64,000 nucleotides of DNA from Candidatus Binatia bacterium (lineage in GTDB: Bacteria > Desulfobacterota > Binatia > Bin18): the NCBI GenBank assembly GCA_963664395.2, contig OY761159.2, positions 1,696,001-1,760,000 of the forward strand, in the 5' to 3' direction. Positions 43,845-53,598 of the stretch are shown here, in pieces (the stretch's first letter is position 1; the number at the start of each line of letters is the position of its first letter). The translations under genes and the position numbers were made by a program. Under the pieces are notes generated by a model. That model saw only the letters and a program-made list of their open reading frames with translations, was not told the DNA's origin and did no database searches.

Positions 43845-44940
43845 ATGAATTCCGGGACTTCTTGTAACTTTCACGATCGATTCAAAGCGCTGACTGACAA
43901 CTCGCCATTTTGCTGGCAACGCCGTCTCTTTCACGAGTATTTTGCCAAGGGCGCTATTCCTGCCGCGCTGGATATCCCAACCGGTCTCGGCAAGACTTCC
44001 GTCATGGTTCTCTGGTATTTGGCGCAAATAACTGGAGCCAAAGTACCCCGGCGTCTCATCTATGTGGTCGATAGACGAGCGGTTGTCGATCAAGCGACGG
44101 CTGTCGCCGATGAGATTCGAGAGAAATCGCAAGACTCCACATTACGCGTGAGCACACTACGCGGCCAGTATGTAGACAACCGGGAATGGCTGGCCGACCC
44201 GGCTGCACCAAGTATCGTTGTCGGCACAGTGGATATGATCGGGTCGCGGCTGTTGTTCTCGGGTTACGGCGTATCGCGTAAGATGCGCCCCTACCACGCC
44301 GGTTTGCTCGGAGCAGATACGCTGGTCGTGCTTGACGAAGCACATTTGGTTCCGCCGTTTGAAAAACTTCTCGAAAGGATTGCAAATGGAGCCGAGGCAT
44401 TTGGTCCGCGTGAGCACAAGGACAGGGAGATCGTGCCGCCATTCAAGCTGCTTTCGCTGTCGGCCACCGGACGCGAAGATAGCCCGGATAGATTGAACGA
44501 AAAAATAGTCTTTCGACTTTCGTCCGAAGATATGACGGACGAAACCGTCAAAAAACGCCTTGAGGCACGCAAGCGGCTGAAAATCCACGTGCTTGATGAC
44601 GAACCACAATCAGTGCCGCAGCTTGCCGAGCGGGCATATCATCTCGGTAGGAGAGCGGCCCGCGTGCTCGTCTACTGCGACCGCCGAGAAGACGCTGTGA
44701 GGGTAAAAGAAGGAGATTGATGAGAAGTGCAAGAAAGCGAATCTCGAACCTGCGTCCGAGCTTCTGGTGGGAGGACGGAGGGTATTTGAGCGGGAAGCCC
44801 TCTTTGATTGGTTGAAGAAGTACGGTTTCCTGAGCGATGCCAAAGGAAAGCCTGAGCAGCCGACCTTTCTGATTGCGACCTCGGCGGGCGAAGTCGGCGT
44901 TGATTTGGATGCCGACCACATGGTGTGTGACTTGGTTGAG
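43845..44940 (+). pseudogene. cas3: Type I-G (I-U) Cas3 helicase, frameshifted and truncated
   Basis: PFCWQRRL, DIPTGLGKT, PRRLIYVVDRRAVVDQ, GTVDMIGSRLLFSGYG, LDEAH and LSAT; frameshift at ~44710; ATSAGEVGVDLDADHMVCDLV, then ends before motif VI and the HD domain. Confidence 0.88.
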
Positions 44941-44972
44941 CCGCCTCGCGTGATGCCAGCTACGCCGCCCCT

Positions 44973-45002
44973 GTCGGATTACGCTCCGCTAATCCGACCT
45001 AC
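44973..45002. repeat. GTAG-type REP palindrome
   Basis: GTCGGATTACGCTCCGCTAATCCGACCTAC, same family as 42688 and 45136. Confidence 0.8.
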
Positions 45003-45076
45003 GGTCTAACTGATAGTTACGGGTTCAATTCCGGTCGCCTCCATGAGCAAAAGATTGTTGAGTAACATCGTATATA

Positions 45077-45168
45077 ATCCCCTCCCTGGAGGGGTGCCAC
45101 GTCAGCGGCGGGGTGGGTCGTCCCCACGAAGCGCTGTCGGATGACGCTGCGCTCATCCGACCTACGGG
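45077..45168. repeat. Composite REP-like element, second copy
   Basis: Same two-part arrangement and orientation as 42621-42718. Confidence 0.85.
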
Positions 45169-45170
45169 GC

Positions 45171-45755
45171 TTATTTTGATTTCGCCTGTTCCAATTCACC
45201 GTAGGTCTTAATGTTGTGATCTTGAACATCGAAGAAATGTGCAAGCCAACGCTGATAAAATAAAATACGGGCTAACTCGCTTCTCTTATAACCCATCGCA
45301 CGCACTAATTCGTTATGGCACATCATATCCAGAACCCGATGAACGGGCGGTTCGTCTGCCTCAATTTCAAGACGGCGCGCCGTAAATTTGGCTAAGAATT
45401 GCGCATCTATCGGCCTTGCTGCGAGTTCCATCTGACGTTCAAGCTCAATAAATTGACGACACAGATCGTCATGGAGACGTGCCTTCGTTGCTGTCCCAAC
45501 AACAAGGTCGATTGTTGAGAAGACGGTGACGAAGGCTGCTGCGACAGTAGGGTAAAGAAGGTCCGTCTTGTTCAGCAGGGTAAAGAACGTAGCCGAGCCA
45601 AAGATGACCCCAATAGCATTGGTGAATCGGTGCAAGAAGTCGAAGAACCTCCGCCGTCGGGCGTTATAACGAATCGACCGCCGAACGCCAAAGAGCAGGT
45701 TGTGCCACTTAAAGTCAAGCTGGTCCTGGTCTCGTTTTGCAACAGAGTCGCTCAC
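45171..45755 (-). CDS. SLATT-like two-TM protein
   Basis: RRSIRY...two TM helices...ARLHDDLCRQFIELE, a typical SLATT layout. Confidence 0.68.
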   Translation of the reverse strand: MSDSVAKRDQDQLDFKWHNLLFGVRRSIRYNARRRRFFDFLHRFTNAIGVIFGSATFFTLLNKTDLLYPTVAAAFVTVFSTIDLVVGTATKARLHDDLCRQFIELERQMELAARPIDAQFLAKFTARRLEIEADEPPVHRVLDMMCHNELVRAMGYKRSELARILFYQRWLAHFFDVQDHNIKTYGELEQAKSK

Positions 45756-45796
45756 TGTCTCATCCTAAGACAAATTCGGAAGGTGCAACTCTATGA

Positions 45797-45979
45797 TTAG
45801 TCACCCTCGTCTTCTGGTTTTGGCGATGATGGTTCAGGGGGCGGGGGAAGTGTATCGCGTGTATCTTCTAGTATGGGCGTTCGCTCGTACGTCCTTGAAT
45901 TCTCGCTCCTCTCTCTCTTCTCAATTTGCTCGGGTTTCTCGGGAATTTGCTCAATCCGTCTCTCTTCTTTTTCAGCCAT
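45797..45979 (-). CDS. Small acidic, proline-rich protein
   Basis: AAGGA RBS; MAEKEERR...DTLPPPPEPSSPKPEDEGD directly upstream of the SLATT gene. Confidence 0.5.
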   Translation of the reverse strand: MAEKEERRIEQIPEKPEQIEKRERSENSRTYERTPILEDTRDTLPPPPEPSSPKPEDEGD

Positions 45980-46057
45980 TAGATACATCCTTTCTTCGAC
46001 TATCTACTATGTTACTCGTTGATAGAAAACCTAATGTCAATGAGGTTGTGTAAGCGA

Positions 46058-48973
46058 TTAGACTACAAGCCCAGCAGTCTTAGGGTGGATCTTCCCCCCA
46101 TGTACGGACGGTTCGGCACACCACTTAGCGGTCAGACGGCGCACGGCGCGGTAGGTGTCTTCGTCGAAGCCCAGCAGGTCACAGACGACACGGCGGTCGA
46201 GATGGGTACGGTTAGGGTCGGCATCGGCTAAGTAGGCAGGCAGCAATTCCATATCCCGAAACTCGTTGAAAATGGCCTCAGCGGTCAACAACTGCTCATC
46301 GCTCAGCGTGCAGAAATCGAGCACGGGTAGTGTTTCCACCGCTCGTATCGTTGTTATCCCGCGTCCGGCCTGTTGCCGATTCGCATGCCACCAAAAGGAC
46401 AATAACCCCAGCGTAGAATTGCACCATACGGCCAAAGCGTGCTCGAAACGGGTGTCAGGAAACATGACGTTGGGCCATGCCCTCCCGCCTATGCTCTTCT
46501 GCTCGGTGATTGCAACGGTTAGTGGTTGTGAGTTGAGACGAAAATCAAGGTTGATATGGGAACGACTGGCGGCTTCCCATACCCGAGATGCTTTCTCTTC
46601 CATGCCTGGTCTGACCAGCAGTTGCGAGTCTGGAGCGCACACCATCCGCGTCTCGTTTCTGGCGTTGTGATTCCACAGGGCGGGATATGTAGCGGTTGGA
46701 CTGGCTGCTGCCTTAGAGAACGGACCGCGCGGGAGCCTTCCGATAATGTCAAGGTGGTACAGACCAAGTTCGCCAACTTCACCCAACGGCGTTGTTTTCA
46801 ATTCCACGGCCAAAGGACCACCGGGCAACCACAGCCTGGAATCCGTCAGAGCATAGGCGGTTTGCGCCAGCGAATAGTCGGCCAGCCGCACACCAGCCCA
46901 CGTCTCGCCGTCCACGCTGCACAGGGCAGTCAGCATCTCGCCGGTGCTTTCATCCCCAACCATCAACGGCGTCCCACCATATGGCCCATCCTCAATCTGC
47001 CTGACGGGTTCGCCGTGATTGAGGCCGGTGGCTATGGCGGCAGCGTGGGCAAAGCCCTGCGGTCTGCGGTTCAGCGATGTGAAATGAATACGCCGTTCAG
47101 TGACTTCCCCTTCTGTGAGCTTGCGGGCAATAACCAGGCATTCGGCCATGCCCGTGTCTGATGAGAAGGACATAGCATCACCGGTGGCGGCAATACTCAG
47201 CACGGCCACATTGGTGTAGTGTTCCATGATCGTCTGTCGAAAGCTCTGCCACGACAAGCCAGCGGCAGCGGACAGAGGTAGGACCAAAGCCAGCACGCCG
47301 CCGGGCTTGAGCTTCTGGTGTCCCAATGCCGCAAAGGCCGAGGCAATACCGGCATTGCCGTGATAGCAGGTACCCTTTGTTAGTTTGGACATCCACTCTG
47401 CCATCTCCCTTTGCGTTTCTTCGGTAGTGTCAAAGGCGGCAAAGGCCGCTATGGGTGCATCGGCATAGGCTCCCTCGTGAGTGGTATTCCGGGTAAACGG
47501 CGGGTTCATAATCACCAGGTCAAACCCCTCGTCGGGGATGTCGGTAAGAATGTGGGCCGCAGTCTCCTCCCCGGCGCTGCCAGTCCGCTGGGCCGGGTCG
47601 CTGGTGTTGATGAGCACCAATTGTTTTGTCGCGTGGAGCAGTTCCAACGAACCAATTTTCACACTGTCGTCGGTCTGACGGCCATAGGCCAGGGTGTACA
47701 GCCGCGACTTTCCGAAGCGAACCTGCGGCTGCATTCCTGAGAGTGTCGAACCCGTAATGTGAATCGCAGAGGGCATGACATCGCAGCCGTACAATACTTC
47801 TTCCATCATGGCCGGGTGTAACTGAGCCGGGTCGCCACCAGTGCGCTCGTGACGGGTCGCTACCTGTTCATACACCGCCGACAGGAGCGCGCCCGTTCCA
47901 CATGCAAAGTCGCCGATGCGCAGATTGGCGATAGCGTCAGCATCCGCCCAGTCTACGCCGTCCAACTTGGCGACCGCCAGACGAGCCAACAGGGCTGCGG
48001 ACGCCGGTAAGGTGTAGAAAGTTGCCAGATATTTGCGGTCGGCAATTAGACGCTGGAAGATGCGTCCGGTCAGGTCGTGGGCGTTGGTAACGCCTGTGGT
48101 GGTGATGTCCTGAGCGGTCTTGCGTAGCGTACCCAGGATGCGGGCCGCTGTGTCGGACGGCAACTGCGACACAATATCGCGGGCAATGGCGAAGATGGCC
48201 CAATAGTTGATGTCCAGAATGTGGGACCAAGCGGCCAGGATTTCGTTCTGCGGGTTGGTGGCGGATGGACCACACACCAGACGCAGCGGCTTGACGTTGG
48301 CGTGCATGCCGGCCAGCCGCTCGTGAAACACCAGCGCGTTAGCGATAATGGCGCAGGCCATACGCCGGGTTTGGGACACGTTGGCCATGCCCAGCAGCCG
48401 GGCGACGTGCGCAGCAATGGCCGGGCGTGTTGCAGCCATATCGTGCAGGATAGTCACGGCCCGGTCGATGCCCTCTTTCAGAGCGGTGGCCGCTGCGTCT
48501 ACCGCGTGCTGGGGAATGGAGACGAGGCGAATCAGGTCAGCCAGGTCGGCCACCGAGCCATTCAGCCAGCCGGCAGTGGGAAAGCGCCGGATGTCTTCAC
48601 CCGCCTTGGTGAACAGACAGTAGGACAGCCCGGCTTCGGCTATGGCTGCTCGCAAATCATCGGCATAGCCAAGGTCTGCCGGGTAACGCAGAGCAATGGC
48701 GGCCTCAATGGAATTGGGTTCGTCTACGACCGCCAAACCGAGCCGGACAGTGGCCTCGGGTTCCACGGTATGAGCTGGCAGGTATTCGGCTTCGACAACA
48801 ACGGGAGCCCGGTCCGGGGCGGTAATCAGATTGTCAAGCTGGAGCCCAGGGTGTCCGACAATGAGCCGGGTGTGCTCGGCCCGCACGGTACAGCCGGGCA
48901 GCATCCTCTTGAGGAGTTCGCCCAAGGCGACGTTGACGCTGGGTTCGGTCTGGCGGGCTTGTTGGTGGGGCAT
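46058..48973 (-). CDS. Fused restriction-modification enzyme (type IIG/IIL-like N6-adenine methyltransferase)
   Basis: FYT, DFACGTGALL (motif I) and MNPPF (motif IV); N-terminal LD...VVEAEY nuclease-like segment; C-terminal specificity region. Confidence 0.82.
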   Translation of the reverse strand: MPHQQARQTEPSVNVALGELLKRMLPGCTVRAEHTRLIVGHPGLQLDNLITAPDRAPVVVEAEYLPAHTVEPEATVRLGLAVVDEPNSIEAAIALRYPADLGYADDLRAAIAEAGLSYCLFTKAGEDIRRFPTAGWLNGSVADLADLIRLVSIPQHAVDAAATALKEGIDRAVTILHDMAATRPAIAAHVARLLGMANVSQTRRMACAIIANALVFHERLAGMHANVKPLRLVCGPSATNPQNEILAAWSHILDINYWAIFAIARDIVSQLPSDTAARILGTLRKTAQDITTTGVTNAHDLTGRIFQRLIADRKYLATFYTLPASAALLARLAVAKLDGVDWADADAIANLRIGDFACGTGALLSAVYEQVATRHERTGGDPAQLHPAMMEEVLYGCDVMPSAIHITGSTLSGMQPQVRFGKSRLYTLAYGRQTDDSVKIGSLELLHATKQLVLINTSDPAQRTGSAGEETAAHILTDIPDEGFDLVIMNPPFTRNTTHEGAYADAPIAAFAAFDTTEETQREMAEWMSKLTKGTCYHGNAGIASAFAALGHQKLKPGGVLALVLPLSAAAGLSWQSFRQTIMEHYTNVAVLSIAATGDAMSFSSDTGMAECLVIARKLTEGEVTERRIHFTSLNRRPQGFAHAAAIATGLNHGEPVRQIEDGPYGGTPLMVGDESTGEMLTALCSVDGETWAGVRLADYSLAQTAYALTDSRLWLPGGPLAVELKTTPLGEVGELGLYHLDIIGRLPRGPFSKAAASPTATYPALWNHNARNETRMVCAPDSQLLVRPGMEEKASRVWEAASRSHINLDFRLNSQPLTVAITEQKSIGGRAWPNVMFPDTRFEHALAVWCNSTLGLLSFWWHANRQQAGRGITTIRAVETLPVLDFCTLSDEQLLTAEAIFNEFRDMELLPAYLADADPNRTHLDRRVVCDLLGFDEDTYRAVRRLTAKWCAEPSVHGGKIHPKTAGLVV

Positions 48974-48994
48974 ACGCTTCTCTTAACCAAGATT

Positions 48995-50156
48995 TCACGA
49001 AGGAAACTGAACTTCCCCTCGCAACTGACTGATACCATGTAGCGGTTCACTGATCTTTCCGTCTCGTAACAGTTTGAATATCCGCCCACGCAACGCTGCC
49101 GGTCGATAGCCTGCGACAGTGTCGAACCGCTCTTTTACCGAATAATTCACAAGCGGGAGGTCTTTCGGGTCCTGGCTCCGAGCGTCGTTGTCGCTGACAT
49201 ATACCGCTCGTGGTTCCTGGCCAGGAATTGTCGTCACTCCCGAATTTGCGTGCAGTATGCCGTGGACCAGGGGGTTGATGGCGATGTCGTCAACTTCCAA
49301 ATCGGCCAACTCGCTTTTCTGGGATTCCAGCAGCCCGTGGATGGCCGCGTAGTTCCCCTCCTCAATGCGAATACGGTTGACAAGCGCCTTCTTGCATTCA
49401 GCAATCATGAACGTCAGCGCGCCGTCGGACAGTCCGTCGAACCAATAGCCTCCGCCGATGTCGCTATGAACGCCGGGAAACCACACTTCCAGAATACGGC
49501 CTGGGTTGCCGTCATCTTTGTTGATGAGCGTTGGCTCGAACGACACCCGACTCTCGTCGAGCGATACGATATGCACCGCCCGGTCAATGCGTTCGTTCAA
49601 GGTGCCGTTCTCAAAGACAACGTGACTGCTGATACGTTCGCCTTTGCGATGCATACCACCCATCGCGGCAACGGTATCGAACACGCCCAGATAAGGATAC
49701 GCGGCACTGTGCATGCTCTTCCAAGATCATACTGGCGAATTTCCGGGCCAGTGCCGCGCCACGGCTGAAGCCCAATATGACAAGTGTATAGTCGGACTGG
49801 TAGTCTGCCTCTTTGAAGTCCCTCATAGCCTCATTCAGAATTCTTCGGGCATCGCCGAATCTTGGGGCTATAGCCTGATTGATCAGCTTTTGCCCAAACG
49901 AGAATAGTCTCCCTAGAAGAGGCACTTGCCACCCGTCTTCCCGTGTCCCAATACCATTGAAGTAGAACGTGCTTTGCTGCTTTCCCTCCGGCGTTCTGGT
50001 GTCAGACTCGTCCTCGTTAATCCCCCCTCCCATCAGAATGTGGAGCTTCAAGACGTTACTAATGCTCTCATCTTCCTGGAATTCATCCGCATCGCTGGGC
50101 TCGTTACCTGTCCCGTCGAAACTGAAGACCAATGTTTTCCCATCCGCGTCAGCCAT
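48995..50156 (-). pseudogene. DUF2235 / Tle1-like phospholipase, frameshifted
   Basis: FDGTGN, SNV, GIGT and GFSRGAA; one extra base at ~49694; then LGVFDTV and EVWFPGVHSDIGGG. Confidence 0.85.
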
Positions 50157-50249
50157 CGCACTCACTCCTTTCTCGGCATTGTCCCGTTATCGTAAGTTGG
50201 GTATTGCTCCGCACCCTATGAACTACTGAGTCGGCCTGTCAAGGTCGGA

Positions 50250-50430
50250 AGGTTGCCCGTTCGGCGGGCGTGTAGCTTGGACAGGCTCGGCAACCACAGG
50301 GGTTACCCCTACGACAATTGGAGCGCGGCCATCTTGGCCGCAGCCTGCTTCTGCGGGCTGGAAGCCCGCACTCCTAAGCGAATCGGGCAGGCTCGCATGC
50401 CTGGATTCCCGCATGCGCGGGAATGACGCC
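50250..50430. repeat. Cluster of different REP-like palindromes
   Basis: GGCAACCACAGGGGTTACCCCTAC (50289), GGAGCGCGGCCATCTTGGCCGC (50320), GCGGGCTGGAAGCCCGCACTCC (50353), CTGGATTCCCGCATGCGCGGGAATGAC (50401). Confidence 0.75.
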
Positions 50431-50450
50431 CAAAGAATGATGGTCCGCCT

Positions 50451-51602
50451 CTACGCCTCAATGCCATAGAAACGCAGGGCATTCGTCCCCAGGACCTTGC
50501 GCTGGTCGGCGCGCGGTAACGGAGCGATCCGCTCTTTCAGCTCGGCGGCCACCCCGTAGTCGGAGTCGATATGGGGATAGTCCGAGGCCCAGACGAAATA
50601 GTCGGCCCCAATATGCTCGATGATGCGGGCGGTCAGGGTTTCGTCGGGGTCGGCCGAGACCAGGCATTGACGATAGAAATACTCGCTGGGTTTCAGCTTG
50701 AGTACGGACCGGCCCGCCAGCGGTGCGTGTTTATGGTCCAGCCGGTCCAGCCAGGCGGAAATCCAGTTGGCGCCGCACTCCAGGACCGTACACTTGAGAC
50801 GCGGATATAACTCGAACATGCCCAGGGCAATCATCTGGGTAAAGGCCGCCATGACATCAATGGCCAGAAAGGCGAAGTTGAACAGGCCGAAATCGCCCTC
50901 GCCCTGGATCCAGTCGCGCCACGACGGCTCGTCGCGCAGGACCACATGAAAGCCGACCGGCATCTCCAACTCCTGAACGGTTTCCCAGAAGCGGACAAAG
51001 GCGGGATCGTTGAAGTGCTTCCAGCCGCGGGCCACCATGTCCGGCGAGAGAAACACCCCGACGCAGCCGTTCTTCTTCGCCCAGACGACTTCTTCAACCG
51101 CACCGTCCGGATCAATCAAAGAGATATGCGCGATGGGATACAGCCGTTTTTTATTCTCGCTACAGAAATCGATGATCCAGCGGTTATACGCCCGCGTGTA
51201 GGCGGTGGCGAGTTTCGGGTCGGTCACCCAGCCTTCCCAGACAATACCAACGGTGGGGTAGAGGAGGGAGATATCAATGCCCTCGCTGTCCATGACTCTG
51301 AGGCGCGGGACAGGATCATAGCTGCCCGGCGGACAGCCATCGGCATAGGTGCGCTGGCCCGGCGTGAAAAAGGCTTCGGACTCGGCGGCGTCCGAGCCCA
51401 CTCCGCCCAGCGCGCCCAGGGTTCCGCGAATGACGTTCAGGGGCTTGTTGTCGAACATGAGGACTTCCCAGCCGTTGTCGTCATGTTCGAGGCGCACGGC
51501 CCGGTCTCGATACTGCGGGTCGATATATTTCTGCCAGGTATCGAGCGGCTCCAGCACATGGCCGTCAGCATCCACAACCGGTCCCGGACTCTCCGTCGCC
51601 AT
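50451..51602 (-). CDS. Amidohydrolase_2 family protein
   Basis: VVDADGHVLEP, AYNRW and WASDYPH motifs; paralog of 24367-25479. Confidence 0.88.
   Translation of the reverse strand: MATESPGPVVDADGHVLEPLDTWQKYIDPQYRDRAVRLEHDDNGWEVLMFDNKPLNVIRGTLGALGGVGSDAAESEAFFTPGQRTYADGCPPGSYDPVPRLRVMDSEGIDISLLYPTVGIVWEGWVTDPKLATAYTRAYNRWIIDFCSENKKRLYPIAHISLIDPDGAVEEVVWAKKNGCVGVFLSPDMVARGWKHFNDPAFVRFWETVQELEMPVGFHVVLRDEPSWRDWIQGEGDFGLFNFAFLAIDVMAAFTQMIALGMFELYPRLKCTVLECGANWISAWLDRLDHKHAPLAGRSVLKLKPSEYFYRQCLVSADPDETLTARIIEHIGADYFVWASDYPHIDSDYGVAAELKERIAPLPRADQRKVLGTNALRFYGIEA
50460..50512. repeat. 53-bp direct repeat, right copy (inside the amidohydrolase 3' end)
   Basis: Matches 42730-42782 with one mismatch. 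Confidence 0.92.
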
Positions 51603-51855
51603 ATAACACCTCCTCATTGTGTGATGTTCCCCTTTACTTCCCCACGCCTCACGCTGTCAAGAAACCGACCTCCGACCCGCGTACCGATCTCCTTCCCCAT
51701 TACTTGACAGTCTCTGAGCAACTGGTTAGGTGGCATCCTTGCGATGACCGCAATCAGCCAGGACCGGTCCGGGCAGGGTGCTCGGACGAGAGGGCCACTC
51801 GGAGCTGTCGCCGGCTGAGATGCAAACTGATCGCTGACCACAGGAGGTTCTGATC

Positions 51856-53454
51856 GTGACCCAACACTATGATGCTATCGTCATCGGTGCCGGCGTGTCC
51901 GGCCTGTATGCTCTCTATAAACTCCGCCAACTCGGCCTCTCGGCACGGGTGCTCGAGGCCGGCACCGATATCGGCGGCACCTGGTACTGGAATCGCTACC
52001 CAGGTGCCCGTTTCGACTCCGAGAGCTATTCCTACCAATACTCCTTTTCCCAGGAACTGATCGACGAATGGGAGTGGAGCGAGCACTTCTCGGGCCAACC
52101 GGAAGTGGAGCGGTATCTGCACTTTGTCGCGGACAAATTCGATCTGAAGCGTGACATCGAGTGCAACGCCCGCGTGGCGACCGTCGTGTACGACGAAACA
52201 GACAAGCGCTGGGAGATTGAGACCCACAACGGTGTGCGCGCCCAGGCGCGCTACGTGATCTGCGCCACCGGGCTGCTGTCGGCCCACCAGTTTCCGGACT
52301 ATGCAGGAGTGAAAGACTTCGCCGGCCTGTCGCTGCACAGCGCCCGCTGGCCGAAAGAAGCGGTCGATTTCACGGGCAAGCGCGTCGGCATCATCGGCAC
52401 CGGCCCGACCGGTGTCCAGATCATTCAGTCCATTGCCCCCGAGTGTGAACAGCTGACCGTTTTTCAGCGCACCGCGAATTGGTGCACCCCGCTGCGTAAC
52501 CGCCCGATTAGCGCCGCGGAGCAACGAGAACTCAAAAAAAACGCGGATGATATTTTCGCCCTGTGCAAACGCACCTGGGCCGGCTTCATTCACGAACCGG
52601 ACACGCGCGCCGCGCTGGACGTGCCGAGAGAGGAGCGCCTGGCCCGCTATCAGGAATTATACGAGCGCGGCGGGTTCGCGCTGTGGTTGGGCAATTACAG
52701 CGATTCATTCATGTCACAGCAAGCCGCGGATGAGGTCGCCGCGTTCCTGGCCAACAAGATCCGCGAGCGCGTCACCGACCCGGTGCTGGCCGAAAAACTT
52801 ATCCCGAAGCATACCTTCGGCACCAAGCGCTGTCCGGGCGAGAAGAATTACTACGAGACCTTCAACCGTGACAATGTCAGCCTGGTTGATCTGCGCGACA
52901 CGCCGATCACGAAGATCACCTCCAGCGGAGTCGCAACCGGCAACGCGGTGCACGAACTCGACGTGATTATTTATGCCACCGGCTTTCATAGCGTGACCGG
53001 CGAACTGCTGCGGATGGATATCCGTGGCCAACACGGGCGTAGCCTGCAAGAGCACTGGTCCGACGGGCCACGCACCAACCTGGGCGTGCAGTTTTCGGGC
53101 TTCCCGAACCTGTGGGCCATTATGGGGCCGCACAATCCGGCGGTGTTCTGCAATATCACTCGCTGTGCCGAGAGTAATGTCGAGTGGATCGTCGACTGCA
53201 TCCGCTATATGCGCGAGCACGGGTTCGAGACCATGACCACAACCGTCGCGGCCGAAGACGCCTGGACCCAGCGCTGCTATGACTCGACCCAAGGGCTGCT
53301 TATCAATGAGATGCAGGATTCGTGGTTCTTCGGCAGTACCAATCCCGAGAACGTGCGCGGCCGCTTCCTGTTGTTTGCCGGCGGCGTGCCGCTCTACCGG
53401 GAGATATTCGCCGACGTGGCGGCCAAGGGCTACCAAGGCTTCGAGCTGCGCTAA
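51856..53454 (+). CDS. Baeyer-Villiger monooxygenase (cyclohexanone monooxygenase-like)
   Basis: GAGVSG, GGTWYWNRYPGARFDS and FAGLSLHSARWP motifs. Confidence 0.93.
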   Translation: MTQHYDAIVIGAGVSGLYALYKLRQLGLSARVLEAGTDIGGTWYWNRYPGARFDSESYSYQYSFSQELIDEWEWSEHFSGQPEVERYLHFVADKFDLKRDIECNARVATVVYDETDKRWEIETHNGVRAQARYVICATGLLSAHQFPDYAGVKDFAGLSLHSARWPKEAVDFTGKRVGIIGTGPTGVQIIQSIAPECEQLTVFQRTANWCTPLRNRPISAAEQRELKKNADDIFALCKRTWAGFIHEPDTRAALDVPREERLARYQELYERGGFALWLGNYSDSFMSQQAADEVAAFLANKIRERVTDPVLAEKLIPKHTFGTKRCPGEKNYYETFNRDNVSLVDLRDTPITKITSSGVATGNAVHELDVIIYATGFHSVTGELLRMDIRGQHGRSLQEHWSDGPRTNLGVQFSGFPNLWAIMGPHNPAVFCNITRCAESNVEWIVDCIRYMREHGFETMTTTVAAEDAWTQRCYDSTQGLLINEMQDSWFFGSTNPENVRGRFLLFAGGVPLYREIFADVAAKGYQGFELR

Positions 53455-53598
53455 AGCGTTCTGGCTCTGAGTGCGCTGCGGACAGGTGCTGCTCAATCCG
53501 CAGGCGCGGTCTGACACGGGGGGTAATGTCAGGTTCATGCGGGTCGCGCACCATTTATCCCTCTGACCGGAGGCCCGTGACCGGAGAAAGCAACAGCT

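Noticed and set aside
42578-45170. CRISPR array near cas3
   Set aside because: The repeats are dispersed, variable palindromes with irregular spacing up to kilobases; there is no constant repeat-spacer period.
48995-50156. Type VI secretion locus
   Set aside because: Only a frameshifted DUF2235 gene is present; there is no vgrG, hcp, PAAR or immunity gene.
45171-50165. Integron cassette array
   Set aside because: The genes are co-oriented, but I found no intI and no convincing attC (RYYYAAC...GTTRRRY) sites.
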